Positions 62,331 to 64,000 of a DNA stretch of 64,000 bases are shown here, piece after piece. Each line of letters starts with the position of its first letter. The first letter of the stretch is position 1. The stretch is from Felis catus (taxonomy: Eukaryota). The notes below the pieces were generated by a model, which ran no database searches, was not told the DNA's origin, and saw nothing but the letters and a program-made list of their open reading frames with translations. The stretch spans positions 179,926,001 through 179,990,000 of the forward strand of contig NC_058368.1 of the NCBI RefSeq assembly GCF_018350175.1. The letters are read 5' to 3'. The translations under genes and the position numbers were made by a program.

Positions 62331-64000
62331 CTGACATCTTTACTGGAAGCTCTTGGCAAGCTCACACCAAAGCAGCATTCTTTACTAGTCTCACTCATTA
62401 GAAGGCAGAGTTCGTGGAAGAACCTATAATATTCAGTTTAGGTTTTCTCAAAGGGCGTGTCATTATACATTCTTCCTGATTTCTGGAGTTTCCTAGAGCC
62501 TCCAGCCAAATTAGAACAGTGCACAGCTGGGTGAGAAAGGCAAGTTCAACCTGGATGGGAGGGGGACATGCAGAGAAGCTTCAACCAGAAATGACTGAGT
62601 CAATCAGTTGGGAAGCAATTCTGGGCTGGGGGAAAGGCTTGGGGATGCCTCTCTCAAACTTAGTGGGCATTTGGCATGTGTTCTCCTGCAGCCAAGTTCA
62701 CAAAGAGACACCACCTACACACATCCTAGTGGGCTGAGCCAGCCAGCAGCATTCACATTCCCAGGACTGAGGAGGATGTGGAAGGGCCTGGTCATCAGCA
62801 ATAGGCCTTGATTCCTGGTGCCATGATGGCTGTCCAATCAGCAGCCACTAAGCAAGACCAGGACAGGCTAGTCCTGCTTTGACATGTAAACCAGAGAAGA
62901 AAGCAGGCACCTAAAGCATCCTCAATTTCATTCCTCCCCTCCCTGTCTGAGCCAGCAAAAGGGAGAGGGAGAAGTGAGCCCTCAGTCCCTCCCTTTGAGG
63001 TCCACCACAGAGGTGCTGCCAGAATCCCTCTGTGCTTCTCATTCCCCTGCCAGCAGTTTAGATATTTCCTACAGGGTCTAGCCACACTATTTGCACTCAG
63101 CTGCTCTTCAGAAAATGATGCTGCCTACTTTGGTTTGTGTTTGCCCCTGTAAATTCAATATAGGCACTGTTGGAGAAGTGGTATCTTCAGGGCCTAGAGT
63201 GCTGGCCATTGGGACCCTGGTGTCTGTAAGTACAAGTCAGGGCATCTCCAAGCTCACTTTAAAAAGATATTCTGCTGCCATGGCTGCCAGTGACTCACCA
63301 AGAGTCTCCTTCCTGGGGATTATTAAGGAGGGAACCTAGACTTAAGGAACAATTAACCTGCCTTGAGACAAGGGAAACAGGCCAGGCTTCCAAGAGGATT
63401 TATCTAGCCCAAGGAGTTTGGATTCCCAAAGGGGAATAGGAGGGGCTCAAAGAGTATCCCAAGAAGGTTGGCATACTGGGAAACTGCAGTGGCACTTATT
63501 GTGGATGCCTGGTTTTGCAATTATGTGATACATGCTCACAGATAATATTGCTGCATTAGAGCCAATTACATAGTGTTATGGACACACAACACGCAGATTA
63601 CACCCAGAGCCAAGAAAGCACAGAGTGATAAAGCGATGGCCTAATCGGAGGAGACAGAGGGAAATGTCAGCCTTATTAAGGTTGCCAGGGTGGTGTGGCT
63701 ACATCTGGACTTAGCTCCTCCAGATCAAAGATGGCTATCTTGAGGGATGTGAAGGAGAGCCACACTCCAGCACTCAGCAGAGAACAGTAGGGAGCCAGGG
63801 GCAGATGCCAAGTTGGAGCTTTCCCAGGGTGATTACAGCTACCTCCATGGAGGACTGTGTACTGTTTCAGAGCCTGGGCCTCTTTCTAAGCAGGAAAGCA
63901 CCATGCCCTCCACAAAAGAGGCTTTCAAGTCCCAGAGTCAGCAAGAAGATAGCCTATATTCTGTCCTCTACACTTAGGTAAAGGCTCTATTCTTAGCTAT

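Larger units (their letters stand above)
1..64000 (+). other. SLIT3: Internal part of the SLIT3 gene: end of intron 4, exon 5, intron 5 (12209-48790), exon 6, start of intron 6
   Basis: Two in-frame 72-nt LRR exons with canonical AG/GT boundaries whose joined translation matches the SLIT3 LRR domain 1 as recalled. Exon numbering is from the known human/mouse SLIT structure. Confidence 0.93.

Noticed and set aside
1..64000. CRISPR arrays, operons, rRNA or other prokaryote-type systems
   Set aside because: The sequence is mammalian intronic DNA; no regularly spaced repeat-spacer array or long coding ORF cluster was seen.

Overview
Mammalian nuclear DNA. The CAN-SINE (SINEC_Fc-type) elements indicate a carnivore, most likely a felid. 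The window lies inside the SLIT3 gene on the + strand. It holds only two 72-nt leucine-rich-repeat coding exons, 12137-12208 ([24 protein letters not shown]) and 48791-48862 ([24 protein letters not shown]), recognised as exons 5 and 6 and separated by a 36,582-nt intron. The rest is intronic: SINEC, L1, L2, MIR, MaLR/ERVL LTRs, hAT DNA transposons, and several repeat-free blocks rich in homeodomain motifs that look like enhancers. The ORF track is essentially noise. The most interesting structure is a promoter-like module just upstream of exon 6 (about 48000-48790). It has paired homeodomain palindromes, PBX-HOX/MEIS/CCAAT motifs, an A38 tract, a TATA-like element and a CpG-rich leader. This matches my recollection of the motor-neuron-specific internal Slit3 promoter that drives pri-miR-218-2 in mouse; the miRNA hairpin itself is not in this window. 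I found no convincing wholly new biological system. Repeat family names come from remembered consensus sequences, and their boundaries are approximate.
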